From an uncultured Acidobacteriota bacterium (GTDB taxonomy: Bacteria; Acidobacteriota; Vicinamibacteria; Vicinamibacterales; 2-12-FULL-66-21), in the NCBI GenBank assembly GCA_963836665.1, contig CAWIKL010000003.1, positions 4,082 to 68,081 on the forward strand: a stretch of 64,000 nt of DNA, in the 5' to 3' direction. The notes below the pieces were generated by a model. It did no database searches and was not told where the DNA came from. It saw nothing but the letters and a program-made list of their open reading frames with translations. The position numbers and the translations under genes are program-made. Shown here piece by piece: positions 45,742-56,543 of this stretch. Position 1 is the first letter of the stretch. Every line of letters starts with the position of its first letter.

Positions 45742-48225
45742 TTATCGCTTCTGCATCTGCGCGAGTTTCGACTGCAGTTCCGGCGAATCGGGGAGCGCGG
45801 CGAGCCCGGCTTTGACGACTTGCATCGCCAGCGCGTCTTCCGACATCCGCTCATAGATCTCGGCGAGCGCGAGATGGGCGGGGAGAAATTTGGGATCGAT
45901 GGTCGCGGCGGCCCGCCACGCCCCGATTGCATGCCGGCGATCCCCACTGCCCTCGTAGGCCCATCCGAGCACGAACGCGAGCGGAGCGCTGTGCTGATCA
46001 GCGGCGAATGCGACGCTGAGCTCAGTCGCAGCGCCAGGATAGTCGCCGCGCTCGAAGAGTTCGAACCCTCTCGTCGCCCGCGCCGCCGCCGGCGTGGACG
46101 CAGTGCGCATGCCCGTCAGCGCCGGCTTCACGTAGTCACTGTCGAGGACGTCTCGCGGGTTGAGGTCGGGAACCGGTGGAGGCCCCACGGCCGGCGCCGT
46201 GCCGTCGAAGACGTCCACTTCGCGCGTCAGTTCAGCCACCGTTTCGCCACCCGTCGTCACTTTGACGCGCGCGAGGTATGAGCCGGACGGAACGCCGGTC
46301 AGCGGCGCCGCCAACGTGGCGCGCCGCGTCTGGGCCGTGCCGCTTTCCGCAGCGTCGGCGATCTCCGCGCGAAACGTCGCCGCAGGCGCACCGCCGTCGG
46401 CCGGTACCAATGTCGCTGTCACGGCGAGGTCGCGCAGCTGATCGCTCGTCCGTCCGTAGGTCTCGAGAAATCCGGAGAGCCCATCGCGGGTGTAGGCCCG
46501 CGCGCGCACCGGCAGTGGCGCGGCGGGCGAATCGAGGAACAGATCGCTCACCGTGACGTCCGGTCCGCTGAATCCGCGCACGTCGATCCGGCGGTCGGCA
46601 CTGCCGACGAGCCCGCCCGGTTCGCGCACCACCGCACGCATCAGATACGTGCCCGGCGGCAGGTCGAAGTGCACGCGGTAGCGGCCGACGCCGGTACTCG
46701 CGCCGTCGGCGGACGTCGACGGCAGCGGCATCGTGTCCGTACCGCTGGCGACGATGCGGCCGTCGCGCATGTCGCGAACGACGAATACGGCGTCGGCGGT
46801 GCCGTTGGGCCCGTCGCGCAACGGCAGTTCCGCCTCCAGCGAGAGGAACACTCGTGATCGGCCGGCGTTGTCGCCACGCATCTCATAGGTGGAGTATTCG
46901 ACGCGCAGCCCTTGCTGCGCGAACGGCGCGGCGAGTGCCGTGTCGATGGCCGTTCGCCGCTCGAGCGTCGAGCCCGGCTTGGGCACCGCGTATCCGCTGC
47001 GCGCGCTGACGTGCGCGCCGGGGCGGGTGACGCGCACCTCGACGTGGCGGTAGGCGCCTGGTGAAGCGAGCGCCGCCGGCGCCGGGGAGAAGCCCACGAG
47101 GTAGTAGTCCTGCGTTTGCGCGGCGATGCGATCGAGCGCGTCGTCGAGGTGGCTGCTCGCGTCGGGAATCAGCAGTCCGTCGCTCTCGGCGGCGAGGCTG
47201 CCGAGCGGCTCGAGCCGCGCCTGGATCTCGGAAGACCCCAGGCTCGCGTCGGGAGATGCCGCGCTCACGTCAGCGCCGGTCCGCCGGTTCAGGTCGAACG
47301 TGTAGAACACGGCGCCGGTGTCGGCGGCCGCCGCCTCGACCCGCTCGAGCTCGCGCGTCACGTTCGCGTGGTGGAAGCCTTCCGAGAACACGATGACAAT
47401 CTTGCGCCCTTCGACGCCCTTGTAACGCTCGAGCACGTCGGCGAGGCGCTGCATGAAATCACGCGACGTGGAGTCGGCCTGCGCGACCACGGTTCTCGCG
47501 TTCTCGACGATGGCGCGGCGGACCGATGCAGGATCCTCGTCGCGCTCCCGTTGTCGGCCAGCCGTGGCCGCGGTCGTGAGACTGGCGGTGCCGCCGACGT
47601 CCGCCCCGGTCTGCAGCGGCTGGCGGTTGACCACCTGCGTGATGATGTCGTCGTTGCCGGCCGCCATTTCGTAGGCCTCGTGCACCGAGAACTGGCCGAC
47701 CGCGGTCGTTACGTCGCGCTCGAACCCGCCGCGCACCTTCTCGAGCTCGTGAATGGCGTGCGCGCGATCGGCCGTGAATCCGCTCAACGGCCCTGGCCCC
47801 GGCAGGCCGACGATGGCCATGCGATCCGATGGGCGCACGTGGCGGGTGATGAACCGCTCGGCGGCGCGGCGCGCGATCTGCTCGTTACCGCTGGCGATGT
47901 GCGACTGGTCGAACACCATCATGTAAAGATGCCCGCGCGGCGCGCCGCGGTTGCTCGACACTTCCGCCGACACCGCGCGCAGCTGCGCGTCGGCGTAGGC
48001 CTCGGCCGGTTCGGCGAAGTGCTGGAAGAGCAGGATCGGTCGAGGGCCTCCGTCCTCGACGATGGTGATCTCGTCCGCCCGCAGATCCGTGATCGGGCGT
48101 CCGCTGGCGTCGATGACGCGGACGTCGAAGCGGACAAGATCGGTGCCGGAGCGAAAGACCGCGGGCGGGTTCTGCTGCACCGCGAACGCCGCCGCCACCA
48201 GCGCCACGACCAGGGCACCCCGCAT
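45742..48225 (-). CDS. Acidobacterial VWA-domain protein with Ig-like and TPR domains
   Basis: VFRSGTDLVRFDV, FSEGF, YYLVGF, SARSGY. Confidence 0.88.
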   Translation of the reverse strand: MRGALVVALVAAAFAVQQNPPAVFRSGTDLVRFDVRVIDASGRPITDLRADEITIVEDGGPRPILLFQHFAEPAEAYADAQLRAVSAEVSSNRGAPRGHLYMMVFDQSHIASGNEQIARRAAERFITRHVRPSDRMAIVGLPGPGPLSGFTADRAHAIHELEKVRGGFERDVTTAVGQFSVHEAYEMAAGNDDIITQVVNRQPLQTGADVGGTASLTTAATAGRQRERDEDPASVRRAIVENARTVVAQADSTSRDFMQRLADVLERYKGVEGRKIVIVFSEGFHHANVTRELERVEAAAADTGAVFYTFDLNRRTGADVSAASPDASLGSSEIQARLEPLGSLAAESDGLLIPDASSHLDDALDRIAAQTQDYYLVGFSPAPAALASPGAYRHVEVRVTRPGAHVSARSGYAVPKPGSTLERRTAIDTALAAPFAQQGLRVEYSTYEMRGDNAGRSRVFLSLEAELPLRDGPNGTADAVFVVRDMRDGRIVASGTDTMPLPSTSADGASTGVGRYRVHFDLPPGTYLMRAVVREPGGLVGSADRRIDVRGFSGPDVTVSDLFLDSPAAPLPVRARAYTRDGLSGFLETYGRTSDQLRDLAVTATLVPADGGAPAATFRAEIADAAESGTAQTRRATLAAPLTGVPSGSYLARVKVTTGGETVAELTREVDVFDGTAPAVGPPPVPDLNPRDVLDSDYVKPALTGMRTASTPAAARATRGFELFERGDYPGAATELSVAFAADQHSAPLAFVLGWAYEGSGDRRHAIGAWRAAATIDPKFLPAHLALAEIYERMSEDALAMQVVKAGLAALPDSPELQSKLAQMQKR

Positions 48226-48237
48226 GGTTCTCGAATT

Positions 48238-50352
48238 TTACCGCTGAATGCGGCCGGCCTTGTCCGGTTCGCCAAACATCCGATAGAGCTGCGCCGCCAT
48301 GTCGCGCCCCTCGGGAGTGGGAGAGACGCGGAGAAGATCGTCGATCACCCGCTCGGAGGCGGCGTCGCGTCCCATCGCGCGGTAGAGCATGGCGAGGCCG
48401 GCGCGGGCGCGGTTGTTCTGGGGAAAGACCCGGACTTCCTCGAGCAGGAACGGCTCAGCTTCGCCATAGCGCTCGAGCCGTGCCAGCGAATCGCCGATGT
48501 AGTAGTTCAAGTCGTTCATCTGCAGCGTGCGGCCGCGCATCGCGTCCCGCGCCTGCAGCAGCGGGGGCAACGCGGCGGCGAACTGCCCCTGGTTGTAGAG
48601 CAGCAGCCCCTGAATATAGAGGGGCATCGGCAGCGTCGGGTCCGCCTGCTGTGCAAGCTGCGCTTCATTCATCGCGCCGTCCTTGTCCTTGCGCGCCAGC
48701 GCGATCCTGGCGAGGATCTCGTGCCCGCCGGCCGGCGCCAGCGGCACTGCCAGCTCGCCGTGCCGGCGCGCCTCGTCGAGCCGTCCGAGCCGGAGCAGTT
48801 GTGCGGCGGCGCCGATCAGGCTGCCGGGATCCTTGGGATTGCGTCTGATCGCTTCCCCGTAGGCGTGCACCGCTTGTTCGCTCATCCCCTGGCGGACGTA
48901 GACCTCGGCGAGCTGCAGCCACACGTCGGTCATGCCCGGATCTTGCGCCAGCACTTCACGGTAGAGCATCGTCGCCTCCTCGAATTTTCGCTGACCGGCG
49001 AGATCGGCGGCGCGGCGGTATCTTTCGAGGACGTGCACTTTGTCTTTTGGATCGGGCAGCGAGTCGCCCGCCAGCGCCAGCGAGGTGTCCACGCCGCCGC
49101 CGATGTAGCCAAGCGCGGCCAGCTTCTGCCGGTCCTCGTCGCTGACCGCCGTCGGTGCGGCGATCGACGCGTGAGCGATCAGCCGTCCGATCGCCGATCG
49201 CATCGCCTGCGCCACCTGGGGGCGGTCCGCAGCGAGCGACTTCGTCTCGGCCGGATCGTTCTGCTCGTCGAATAGCTCGTCGCGCGGCGCGCGGATCAGG
49301 CGATAGCGCGCGTCGGTGAGCGAGTACAGCTCGCTCCAGCCGAAGTGATAGCGGGAGTAAAAGGCCTCGGCGTAGATGTCGGCGTCGGCGATGCCGCCGC
49401 TGCCGTCGAGCAGCGGTCGCAGCGAACGGCCTTTCAGCGCCGGCGCCGTGGCGGCGCCCGCCAGGTCCAGGATCGTCGGCGCGACGTCGATGTGCTGCAC
49501 TGGGACCGGGACGCGCCGGGACTCGTGCCGTCCCGGCGGTTTGACTATCAGCGGAACCCGCGTCGTCTCACGATAGAGAAACAGCCCGTGCTCCTGCTCG
49601 CCGTGATCGCCGAGCCCCTCGCCATGATCGGCGAGGAGGATGATGGTGGCGCGATCGTAGAGGTCTATGCCGCGCAAGTGGTCGAAGAAACGGCCCACGA
49701 TCTCGTCGGCGTAGGCGATCTCGCCGTCGTAGGGCGCGTACATTGCGAAGCGCGGCGGCGGCGAATAAGGCTTGTGCGGTTCGTAGATGTGGAAGAAGAG
49801 AAAGAACGGTTTGCGGCGATCGCGCGCGTCGAGCCATTTTTCCGCGGCCGCGAGGGTATCCTCCCCTTTGCGCTGTACCTGGCCGATCGAGACCTCCGCC
49901 GAAGACGGCGGCATCTCGCTGTCGTAGGTCTCGAACCCCTGGCCGATGCCGGTCGCCTTGCGCAGGACGAACGCCGAGACGAATCCGCCGGTCGGCCAGC
50001 CCTTCGCTGCGAGCGCCCTCGCCACCGTCCACTGTCCCGGCTTGACCGTGAAGCCGACGTTGTCGCGAACGCCGTGCTCGAATGGAAGCTCGCCGGTGAG
50101 GATGCTCGTGTGCGCCGGCAGCGTCTCCGGTGCGTGTGACCAGGCACGGTCGAAGACGACACTTTCGGCGGCCAGCGCGTCGATGTTCGGCGTGCGGACC
50201 TTGTCGTAGCCGTAGGCAGGCAGGTGGTCGGCGCGCAGCGTGTCGATGGAGATCAGGATGATCGGGCCGTCCTGACGGGCCCGACCACACGCTGCGAACA
50301 GAAAGGCCGCAAGGACCACGGAGACCGCAATTCCCCCTGGCGCTCTCTTCAT
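48238..50352 (-). CDS. Sulfatase-fold (alkaline phosphatase superfamily) lipoprotein with TPRs
   Basis: FAAC lipobox, DTLRADH, TLPAHTSILTG, DHGE. Confidence 0.9.
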   Translation of the reverse strand: MKRAPGGIAVSVVLAAFLFAACGRARQDGPIILISIDTLRADHLPAYGYDKVRTPNIDALAAESVVFDRAWSHAPETLPAHTSILTGELPFEHGVRDNVGFTVKPGQWTVARALAAKGWPTGGFVSAFVLRKATGIGQGFETYDSEMPPSSAEVSIGQVQRKGEDTLAAAEKWLDARDRRKPFFLFFHIYEPHKPYSPPPRFAMYAPYDGEIAYADEIVGRFFDHLRGIDLYDRATIILLADHGEGLGDHGEQEHGLFLYRETTRVPLIVKPPGRHESRRVPVPVQHIDVAPTILDLAGAATAPALKGRSLRPLLDGSGGIADADIYAEAFYSRYHFGWSELYSLTDARYRLIRAPRDELFDEQNDPAETKSLAADRPQVAQAMRSAIGRLIAHASIAAPTAVSDEDRQKLAALGYIGGGVDTSLALAGDSLPDPKDKVHVLERYRRAADLAGQRKFEEATMLYREVLAQDPGMTDVWLQLAEVYVRQGMSEQAVHAYGEAIRRNPKDPGSLIGAAAQLLRLGRLDEARRHGELAVPLAPAGGHEILARIALARKDKDGAMNEAQLAQQADPTLPMPLYIQGLLLYNQGQFAAALPPLLQARDAMRGRTLQMNDLNYYIGDSLARLERYGEAEPFLLEEVRVFPQNNRARAGLAMLYRAMGRDAASERVIDDLLRVSPTPEGRDMAAQLYRMFGEPDKAGRIQR

Positions 50353-52485
50353 CGCCCCAGCGCCTTTCTCACGCGTGCGATATCGGCGGCGTAGTGCGCC
50401 GGCGGCGCTTCCGCGGCGAAGCGGGCGAGATAAGGCCGCGCCTCGTCGTGCCGTCCGGCGGCGTCGAGTTCGATTGCCAGGTTGAAGAGCGCGTCGTAGT
50501 CGTGGGGTGCCAGCGCCACCGCCTGCTTCCATTCGGCGAACGCCTCGTCTCGCCGCCCGGTCTTCATCGCTACGACACCGAGGCCGTTGTGCGCGCGTGC
50601 CGAACGCGGATCGGCGGCGATCGCCTGCCGCAGCGCGTGCTCGGCCGCGGTGAAGTCGTCGTGTTGCAGCGCCAGCGTGCCGAGGTTTTCGAGTGCCTGC
50701 GCGTCGCGCGGGTCCGCCGCAAGGACGCGCTGAAACACCGCCGCCGCCTTGCCGTCTTGCCCAGCGCGCGCGTAGGCGATGCCCAGTGAGTTGAGCGCGT
50801 CTGCGTCAGCCGTCGCCCCAGCCGTCAGCGGCTCCAGGAGCGCGATTGCGTCCGACGGCTTGCCCGCTTCAGCCAGGTACGACCCGAGTTGCGCCGTGAC
50901 GGCCGGATCGGCCGCTCCCTCGCGGAGCCCCCGCTCGAGCGTGGCAATCGCCGCGCGCGCGTCCCCGCCTTGCCACTGCAGGAAGGCCAGGTTCTTGTAG
51001 CCGATGGCCATCGACGGGCGGGCGGCAATCACCCGCCGGTAGATGGCCAGCGCCTCCTCACGGCGGCCCTGCTGCCATGCCTCGATGCCTTGTTGGATCC
51101 ATTGATCGAGCTGCACGAGATTCTTCGGATCGTCGGCGTCGGTGTAGGCGGCCTTGCGCGGCGCGCGGCCTGACGTGTAGCCGAGCGACTGCAGCGTCGC
51201 CGCCACCTCGGGTGTTTCGCTCGCGCGCTCGCCCGGCGGCGCCGCGTGGAAATCGCGCAGGCGAATCTCGAGCGCGCGGCGCCGGTCGGCGCGGGCGTCC
51301 GCGAGGTTCGACGTCTCGGCCGGATCCGCCGGCAGTTCGTAGAGCTCCGGCCTGGGCAGGTCGATGAACTTCTCGCGGCCGGCCACGACTCCCGAGAGCG
51401 GCGCCCAGCCGCGATTGAGCATCGCCGACATCGCCTCGAAGTATGACGTCACGTCGGCATCGGCCACGGGTGGCGCGCCGGGAGCGAGTGAGCGGCCGTG
51501 CAGCGACGCAGGAACGGCGGTGCCGACCGCGTCGAGCAGCGTCGGCACGACGTCGATGTGGCGCGCCGGGGTGTCGGATACGACGCCTTCACCGCGGCTG
51601 GGCAGCTGCGCCAGGATCAGCGGCACGTGAAGGGTCGACTCGTAGGCGAACGTGCCGTGGGTCAATTCACCGTGATCGCCAAGCCCTTCACCATGGTCGC
51701 CAGTGACGAGCACCACGGTCGGCCGCGCACTGCGACCGGCCAGGTCCAGCAACGGCGCGAGCGCCTGGTCCACGTAGGCCACCTCGCCGTAGTACGGGCG
51801 GTTCGCGTACTCCTTGTCGAACGGCGCCGGCGGCTGGTATGGGGCGTGCGGATCGAAGACGTGCACCCATGCGAACCAGCGTTCCTGTTGCGCGCCGATC
51901 CACGTCGTCGCTGCCTCGACCACCGTACCAGCCGGCCGCTCCGCCAGCGTGAAATCCGAGCCGGGCGATCGTGCGAAGTGATCGTCGTAGACGTCGAAGC
52001 CGGCGTCGAGGCCGAACGCCCGCATCAATGGCGCGCCGCCGACGAACGCTCCGGTCGCGAAGCCTCGCGCCTTCAGCAGGGTCGCCAGCGTCGCGGTACC
52101 GGGCGCAATTCGATAGCCGCTGTGATCGCGCACGCCGTGCTCGTAGGGATACAGGCCGGTGAGGATGCTCGCGTGCGACGGACGCGTCAACACCGCGTGG
52201 GCGTGCGCGAAGGTGAAACGTGTTCCGTGCGACGCCAGCGCGTCCAGGTTCGGTGTCTTTGCCGCGCCGCCGTAGCTCGACAATGCATCCGCCCGCAGCG
52301 TGTCGATGGTGACGAGCAGGACGTTCTGGTCGGCGCGCCGCTCGAACGCCGCGCCGTGTCCGGTGCCGGATGAACAGGCCGCGGCGCCGATCGCCGCCAG
52401 GGCGACGATCCTTCGCAGCAGGTCAGCGGACGTCCACGACACAGATGTCGTACTGCGATGCAACGACAAGCGGTACCGGGCGCAT
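50349..52485 (-). CDS. Sulfatase-fold lipoprotein with TPRs (ATG 52485 needs a 1-nt correction; in-frame TTG at 52469)
   Basis: AAAC lipobox, DTLRAD, TRPSHASILTG, DHGE. Confidence 0.88.
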
Positions 52486-52507
52486 GCGCGAAAGTATAAT
52501 CCAGCGC

Positions 52508-54865
52508 GTGAGGCACGAACTCCTGCGTTTGACCGTAGTTGCGGCGTTTCTGACCTGCGCCGCGACGCTCGGGGCTCAGCAGAAGACCCCGGCGCCCGGC
52601 GTCGACCTCCGCCGTTTCGACGCCATTCCGCCGCTCGTCGAGCAAGCCATCGCCGACAAGAAACTTCCCGGCGCCGTGATCCTTATCGGCCGTGGCGAAC
52701 GCATTCTGTGGCAAAAGGCCGTCGGTCATCGCGCGGTCGAGCCGGCGCTCGAGCCGATGACGCTCGACACGATTTTCGACCTGGCCTCGCTCACCAAGGT
52801 CGTGGCAACGACGACGAGCGTGATGAAGCTGGTCGAGGACGGCCGGATCCGTCTCAGCGACCGCGTGTCGGACTACGTGCTGGGATTCGGCCGTCATAAC
52901 AAGACGAACATCACCATTCGCCACTTGATGACCCATACGTCCGGCCTGCGCCCGGACCTTGACCTCGCCGACGACTGGAACGGCTACGACACCGCGATTG
53001 CGCTCGCCGTCGACGAAGTGCCGACCGCGCCCCCCGGGGAACGATTCGTCTACAGCGACATCAACTACGAGCTGCTCGGCGAAATCGTCACGCGCGTCAG
53101 CGGCCAGCGGCTCGACGAGTTCGCCGGCACGCAGATCTTTGATCGTCTCGGGATGAAAGAGACCATGTTCAGGCCAGCCGCGGCGCTGCAGCCGCGGATC
53201 GCGCCGACCGAGCACCTGCGCGGGGTCGTGCACGACCCGACGGCGCGGCGCATGGGCGGTATCGCCGGTCACGCGGGGCTGTTCAGCACGGCGGCCGACC
53301 TATCGATCTTCTGCCGCATGCTGCTCGAGGGCGGCGTGTATCAGGGCGTGCGCATCCTGTCGCCGCTGACCGTGGCGAAGATGACCTCGGCGGCGAGCGG
53401 ATCAGGAGACTCCAGCGTGCGCGGGCTCGGCTGGGACATCGATTCGGCCTACTCGTCCAACCGCGGCGAACTGTTGCCGCTCGGCTCCTATGGGCACACC
53501 GGTTTCACCGGCACCTCGATCTGGATCGACCCGGCCACGCGCGAGTTCGTGATCTTCCTGTCCAATCGAGTCCATCCTGACGGCAAGGGCGACGTGACGC
53601 CGCTGCGCGCGAAGATCGCGACGATCGCCGCCTCGGCGATCACCGACGCCCCGCCCGACGCCGCGCGAACCCGCGGCATGACCGGCCGCGACTTCGGCGC
53701 CGGCGGCGCTGCACCGGCGCGCGCCAGGCGGCCGCCGGTCCAGACCGGCCTCGATGTCGTTCGCGCCGAGGCGTTTGCGCGGTTCCAGGGCAAGCGCGTC
53801 GGCCTGGTCACCAATCACACCGGGCGCGCGCGCGACGGCGCGACCGCCATAGATCTGTTCTTTGGCGCCAAGGATGTCGTCCTGCGCAAGCTGTTCAGTC
53901 CGGAGCACGGCATCCGCGGCGTGCTCGACGACAACGTCCCGTCGGAAACCGATGAGAAGACCAGGCTTCCGATCATGTCGCTCTACGGCGAGACGCGCCG
54001 GCCGAGCGCGGCGATGCTCGACGGACTCGATGTCATCGTTATCGACCTGCAGGACATCGGCGCGCGCTTCTATACCTACACCACGACCGTGGCCTATGTG
54101 CTCGAGGAGTCGGCGAAACGCAAGCTGCCAGTGTTCGTGCTCGACCGTCCCGACCCGGTCGATGGCTGGCAGATCGAAGGTCCGTCGCTGGACGCGGATC
54201 AGACGGGCTCCTTCACGAATTACTTTCAGGGCATGCCGATCCGCCACGGCATGACGATCGGCGAGGTGGCGCGGCTCTACAACGGCGAGAACAGGATCGG
54301 CGCGGATCTCACGGTCGTCGCTATGAAGAACTGGAGCCGCGACGATTGGTACGACGAGACGGCACTGCCATGGATCGGCCCCTCGCCGAACATGCGCAAC
54401 CTGAACGAAGCGGCGCTCTATCCGGGCATCGGCGCCATCGAGACGACCAACATCTCGGTCGGGCGCGGCACCGATACGCCGTTCGAGCAGGTCGGCGCGC
54501 CGTGGATCGACGGCGTGCAGCTCGCCGACACGTTGAACGCACGTGCCGTCCCTGGTGTGCGTTTCTATCCCGTCCGCTTCACGCCATCGTCGAGCAAGTA
54601 CGTCCGCGAGGAATGCCAGGGCGTCTTCATCATCGTCACCGATCGCACGGCGCTGCGGCCGGTTCGCGTCGGCCTCGAGATCGCGTCGGCCCTGGCGCGG
54701 ATCTACCCGGCGCAGTTCGCGCTCGCCGACGCGCTGCGCCTCGTCGGCTCGCGCGACACCCTCGCTCGCGTCCGCGCCGGAGAGGACCCAACGTCGATTA
54801 CCGCGTCATGGGCTGCCGCCGAGGCGAAGTGGCGGCTGATCCGCGCGAAGTATCTGTTGTATTGA
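52508..54865 (+). CDS. namZ: Beta-lactamase-family serine hydrolase fused to DUF1343 exo-beta-N-acetylmuramidase
   Basis: SLTK, YSDIN, GHTGFTG; LFSPEHG, DLQDIGARFYTY, PSPNM. Confidence 0.88.
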   Translation: MRHELLRLTVVAAFLTCAATLGAQQKTPAPGVDLRRFDAIPPLVEQAIADKKLPGAVILIGRGERILWQKAVGHRAVEPALEPMTLDTIFDLASLTKVVATTTSVMKLVEDGRIRLSDRVSDYVLGFGRHNKTNITIRHLMTHTSGLRPDLDLADDWNGYDTAIALAVDEVPTAPPGERFVYSDINYELLGEIVTRVSGQRLDEFAGTQIFDRLGMKETMFRPAAALQPRIAPTEHLRGVVHDPTARRMGGIAGHAGLFSTAADLSIFCRMLLEGGVYQGVRILSPLTVAKMTSAASGSGDSSVRGLGWDIDSAYSSNRGELLPLGSYGHTGFTGTSIWIDPATREFVIFLSNRVHPDGKGDVTPLRAKIATIAASAITDAPPDAARTRGMTGRDFGAGGAAPARARRPPVQTGLDVVRAEAFARFQGKRVGLVTNHTGRARDGATAIDLFFGAKDVVLRKLFSPEHGIRGVLDDNVPSETDEKTRLPIMSLYGETRRPSAAMLDGLDVIVIDLQDIGARFYTYTTTVAYVLEESAKRKLPVFVLDRPDPVDGWQIEGPSLDADQTGSFTNYFQGMPIRHGMTIGEVARLYNGENRIGADLTVVAMKNWSRDDWYDETALPWIGPSPNMRNLNEAALYPGIGAIETTNISVGRGTDTPFEQVGAPWIDGVQLADTLNARAVPGVRFYPVRFTPSSSKYVREECQGVFIIVTDRTALRPVRVGLEIASALARIYPAQFALADALRLVGSRDTLARVRAGEDPTSITASWAAAEAKWRLIRAKYLLY

Positions 54866-54916
54866 AAACGTCGCGCGCTGCGACGTTGGGGAATTGACAG
54901 AGGCCCCGGCGCCCCT

Positions 54917-56110
54917 CTAATGCGCACGCTGGCGCGCGGCGTGGTGATGCTTCTTGTCGGCGTACATCCGCTCGTCAGCGGTTTGAATCAGCGGCATGAT
55001 GTCGTCGGTGTCCGGCGGGACCTCGACGCAGCCGATGCTCAGGCCGACGCCTGGCGGGAGGGTCGCGGCGTGCAGGGAGCGGACGAACGCCTCCTGCAGG
55101 GCGGCGGCGCGGTGCAGCGCTTCCTGCTCGCTGCAGGAAATCAAGACCAGGAACTCGTCACCGCCCCAGCGGAACACGTAGTCCGCTTCGCGGATGTTGC
55201 GCAGCAGGAAGACAGCGACGTCGCGCAGGACGCGGTCTCCCGTCTCGTGCCCGAGCGTGTCGTTGATGGCCTTGAAGCGATCGACGTCGATGAAGACCAG
55301 CGACAGCGGCGTCCGGTAGCGGCGGTGCCGCTGTAGCTCGCGCGGGATGATCTCGTCGAAGAAACGTCGGTTGCGCGTGCCTGTCAGCGGGTCGGTGATG
55401 ACGAGCTGACGCAGCTCGTTCTGCGCCGTCTCGAGCCGGTGGTTTGTCTGCTGCAGCTCGAAGGTCATGTCTTCGAACGCCATCAGCTGCTGTCCGAGGC
55501 CGCCGACGAGGAACACGACCGACATGCCGATTAACACCTGCGTGAGCGAGCCGGCGCTGTCGGGCGTGCCGATCGTCGCCCCCATCCAGATATTCAGACC
55601 GGCGATCGCCAGTAGCGCGCCGCCGACGATCGTCGCGCCGAGCAGGCGCGAATAGCGCAAGAGCAGCAGGTGCGCGACCGCCGCCGCCGTCATGCCGCCG
55701 GCGATGAGCAGGTGGCCGACCGCGAATACGATGCGCGGCCCGAGCGCGACCGGCAGAAAGATGAAGTAGATCGCGATCGGCAGCAGCACGATGCCATAGG
55801 TGCGCCGCAGCCGCGGCCGCTGACGATAGGCGTCGGCGGCGACGACGAAGGCCAGCGAACTCAGCACGCCGAGGAATTGCGACCCGCCGTAGGCCATGGC
55901 GCCGAGCTTCTCGTTGCCGTAGGCGCGGGCGACCACGAGCATGGACACTCCCACCAGCATCCACGCCCCGACCCACCACAGGATGAACCGCCGCCGCCGG
56001 TAGAGGTAGACGAGCAGCGAGAGCAGCGCGATGACGATCGCCGCCGAGCCGGCGACGACGTGTGGGTTGAGGACGGCGGCCTCCGCCGCCAGGGCCTGTG
56101 ACGCGGTCAC
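54917..56110 (-). CDS. Membrane-bound diguanylate cyclase
   Basis: About 7 TMs, DPLTG, DVDRFKAIND, RWGGDEF. Confidence 0.92.
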   Translation of the reverse strand: MTASQALAAEAAVLNPHVVAGSAAIVIALLSLLVYLYRRRRFILWWVGAWMLVGVSMLVVARAYGNEKLGAMAYGGSQFLGVLSSLAFVVAADAYRQRPRLRRTYGIVLLPIAIYFIFLPVALGPRIVFAVGHLLIAGGMTAAAVAHLLLLRYSRLLGATIVGGALLAIAGLNIWMGATIGTPDSAGSLTQVLIGMSVVFLVGGLGQQLMAFEDMTFELQQTNHRLETAQNELRQLVITDPLTGTRNRRFFDEIIPRELQRHRRYRTPLSLVFIDVDRFKAINDTLGHETGDRVLRDVAVFLLRNIREADYVFRWGGDEFLVLISCSEQEALHRAAALQEAFVRSLHAATLPPGVGLSIGCVEVPPDTDDIMPLIQTADERMYADKKHHHAARQRAH

Positions 56111-56119
56111 CCGACAATT

Positions 56120-56533
56120 CTAAAGTTGATAGAGCATCAGGTAGACGACGACTCCGGTGACGGAAACGTAAAGCCACAGCGGCAGGGTCCAGCGCGCGAT
56201 GGCGCGATGCCGTGCGTCCTGCCGCTTCAGGCCACGCCGTAAGGACATTAGTACCAGCGGCACGATCACCGCGGCGAGCACCGTGTGCGTCAATAGGATC
56301 GTGAAGTAGACGGCCCGGATCGGCCCCTGCTTGGTGAAGCGCACCGAGCCGACCTGCGCGTGGTAGGTGAGGTACGACACCAGGAAGAGCACCGACGTGC
56401 AGAAGGCGGCGATCATGAACTTTCGGTGCTGCGCGACACGACGCCGCCGGATCAGCGTCCAGCCGATCGTCAGCAGCACCGCCGACGTGGCGTTGAGCAC
56501 GGCGTTGAGCGCGGGCAGATGTGAAACCGGCAC
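56120..56533 (-). CDS. DUF420 membrane protein (CtaM/YozB-like)
   Basis: LPALNAVLN, LWLYVSVTG. Confidence 0.9.
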   Translation of the reverse strand: MPVSHLPALNAVLNATSAVLLTIGWTLIRRRRVAQHRKFMIAAFCTSVLFLVSYLTYHAQVGSVRFTKQGPIRAVYFTILLTHTVLAAVIVPLVLMSLRRGLKRQDARHRAIARWTLPLWLYVSVTGVVVYLMLYQL

Positions 56534-56543
56534 GAGCGGGACG

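Noticed and set aside
54867-54887. Hairpin aacgtcgc/gcgacgtt as an ncRNA
   Set aside because: Most likely a simple terminator-like stem between convergent genes
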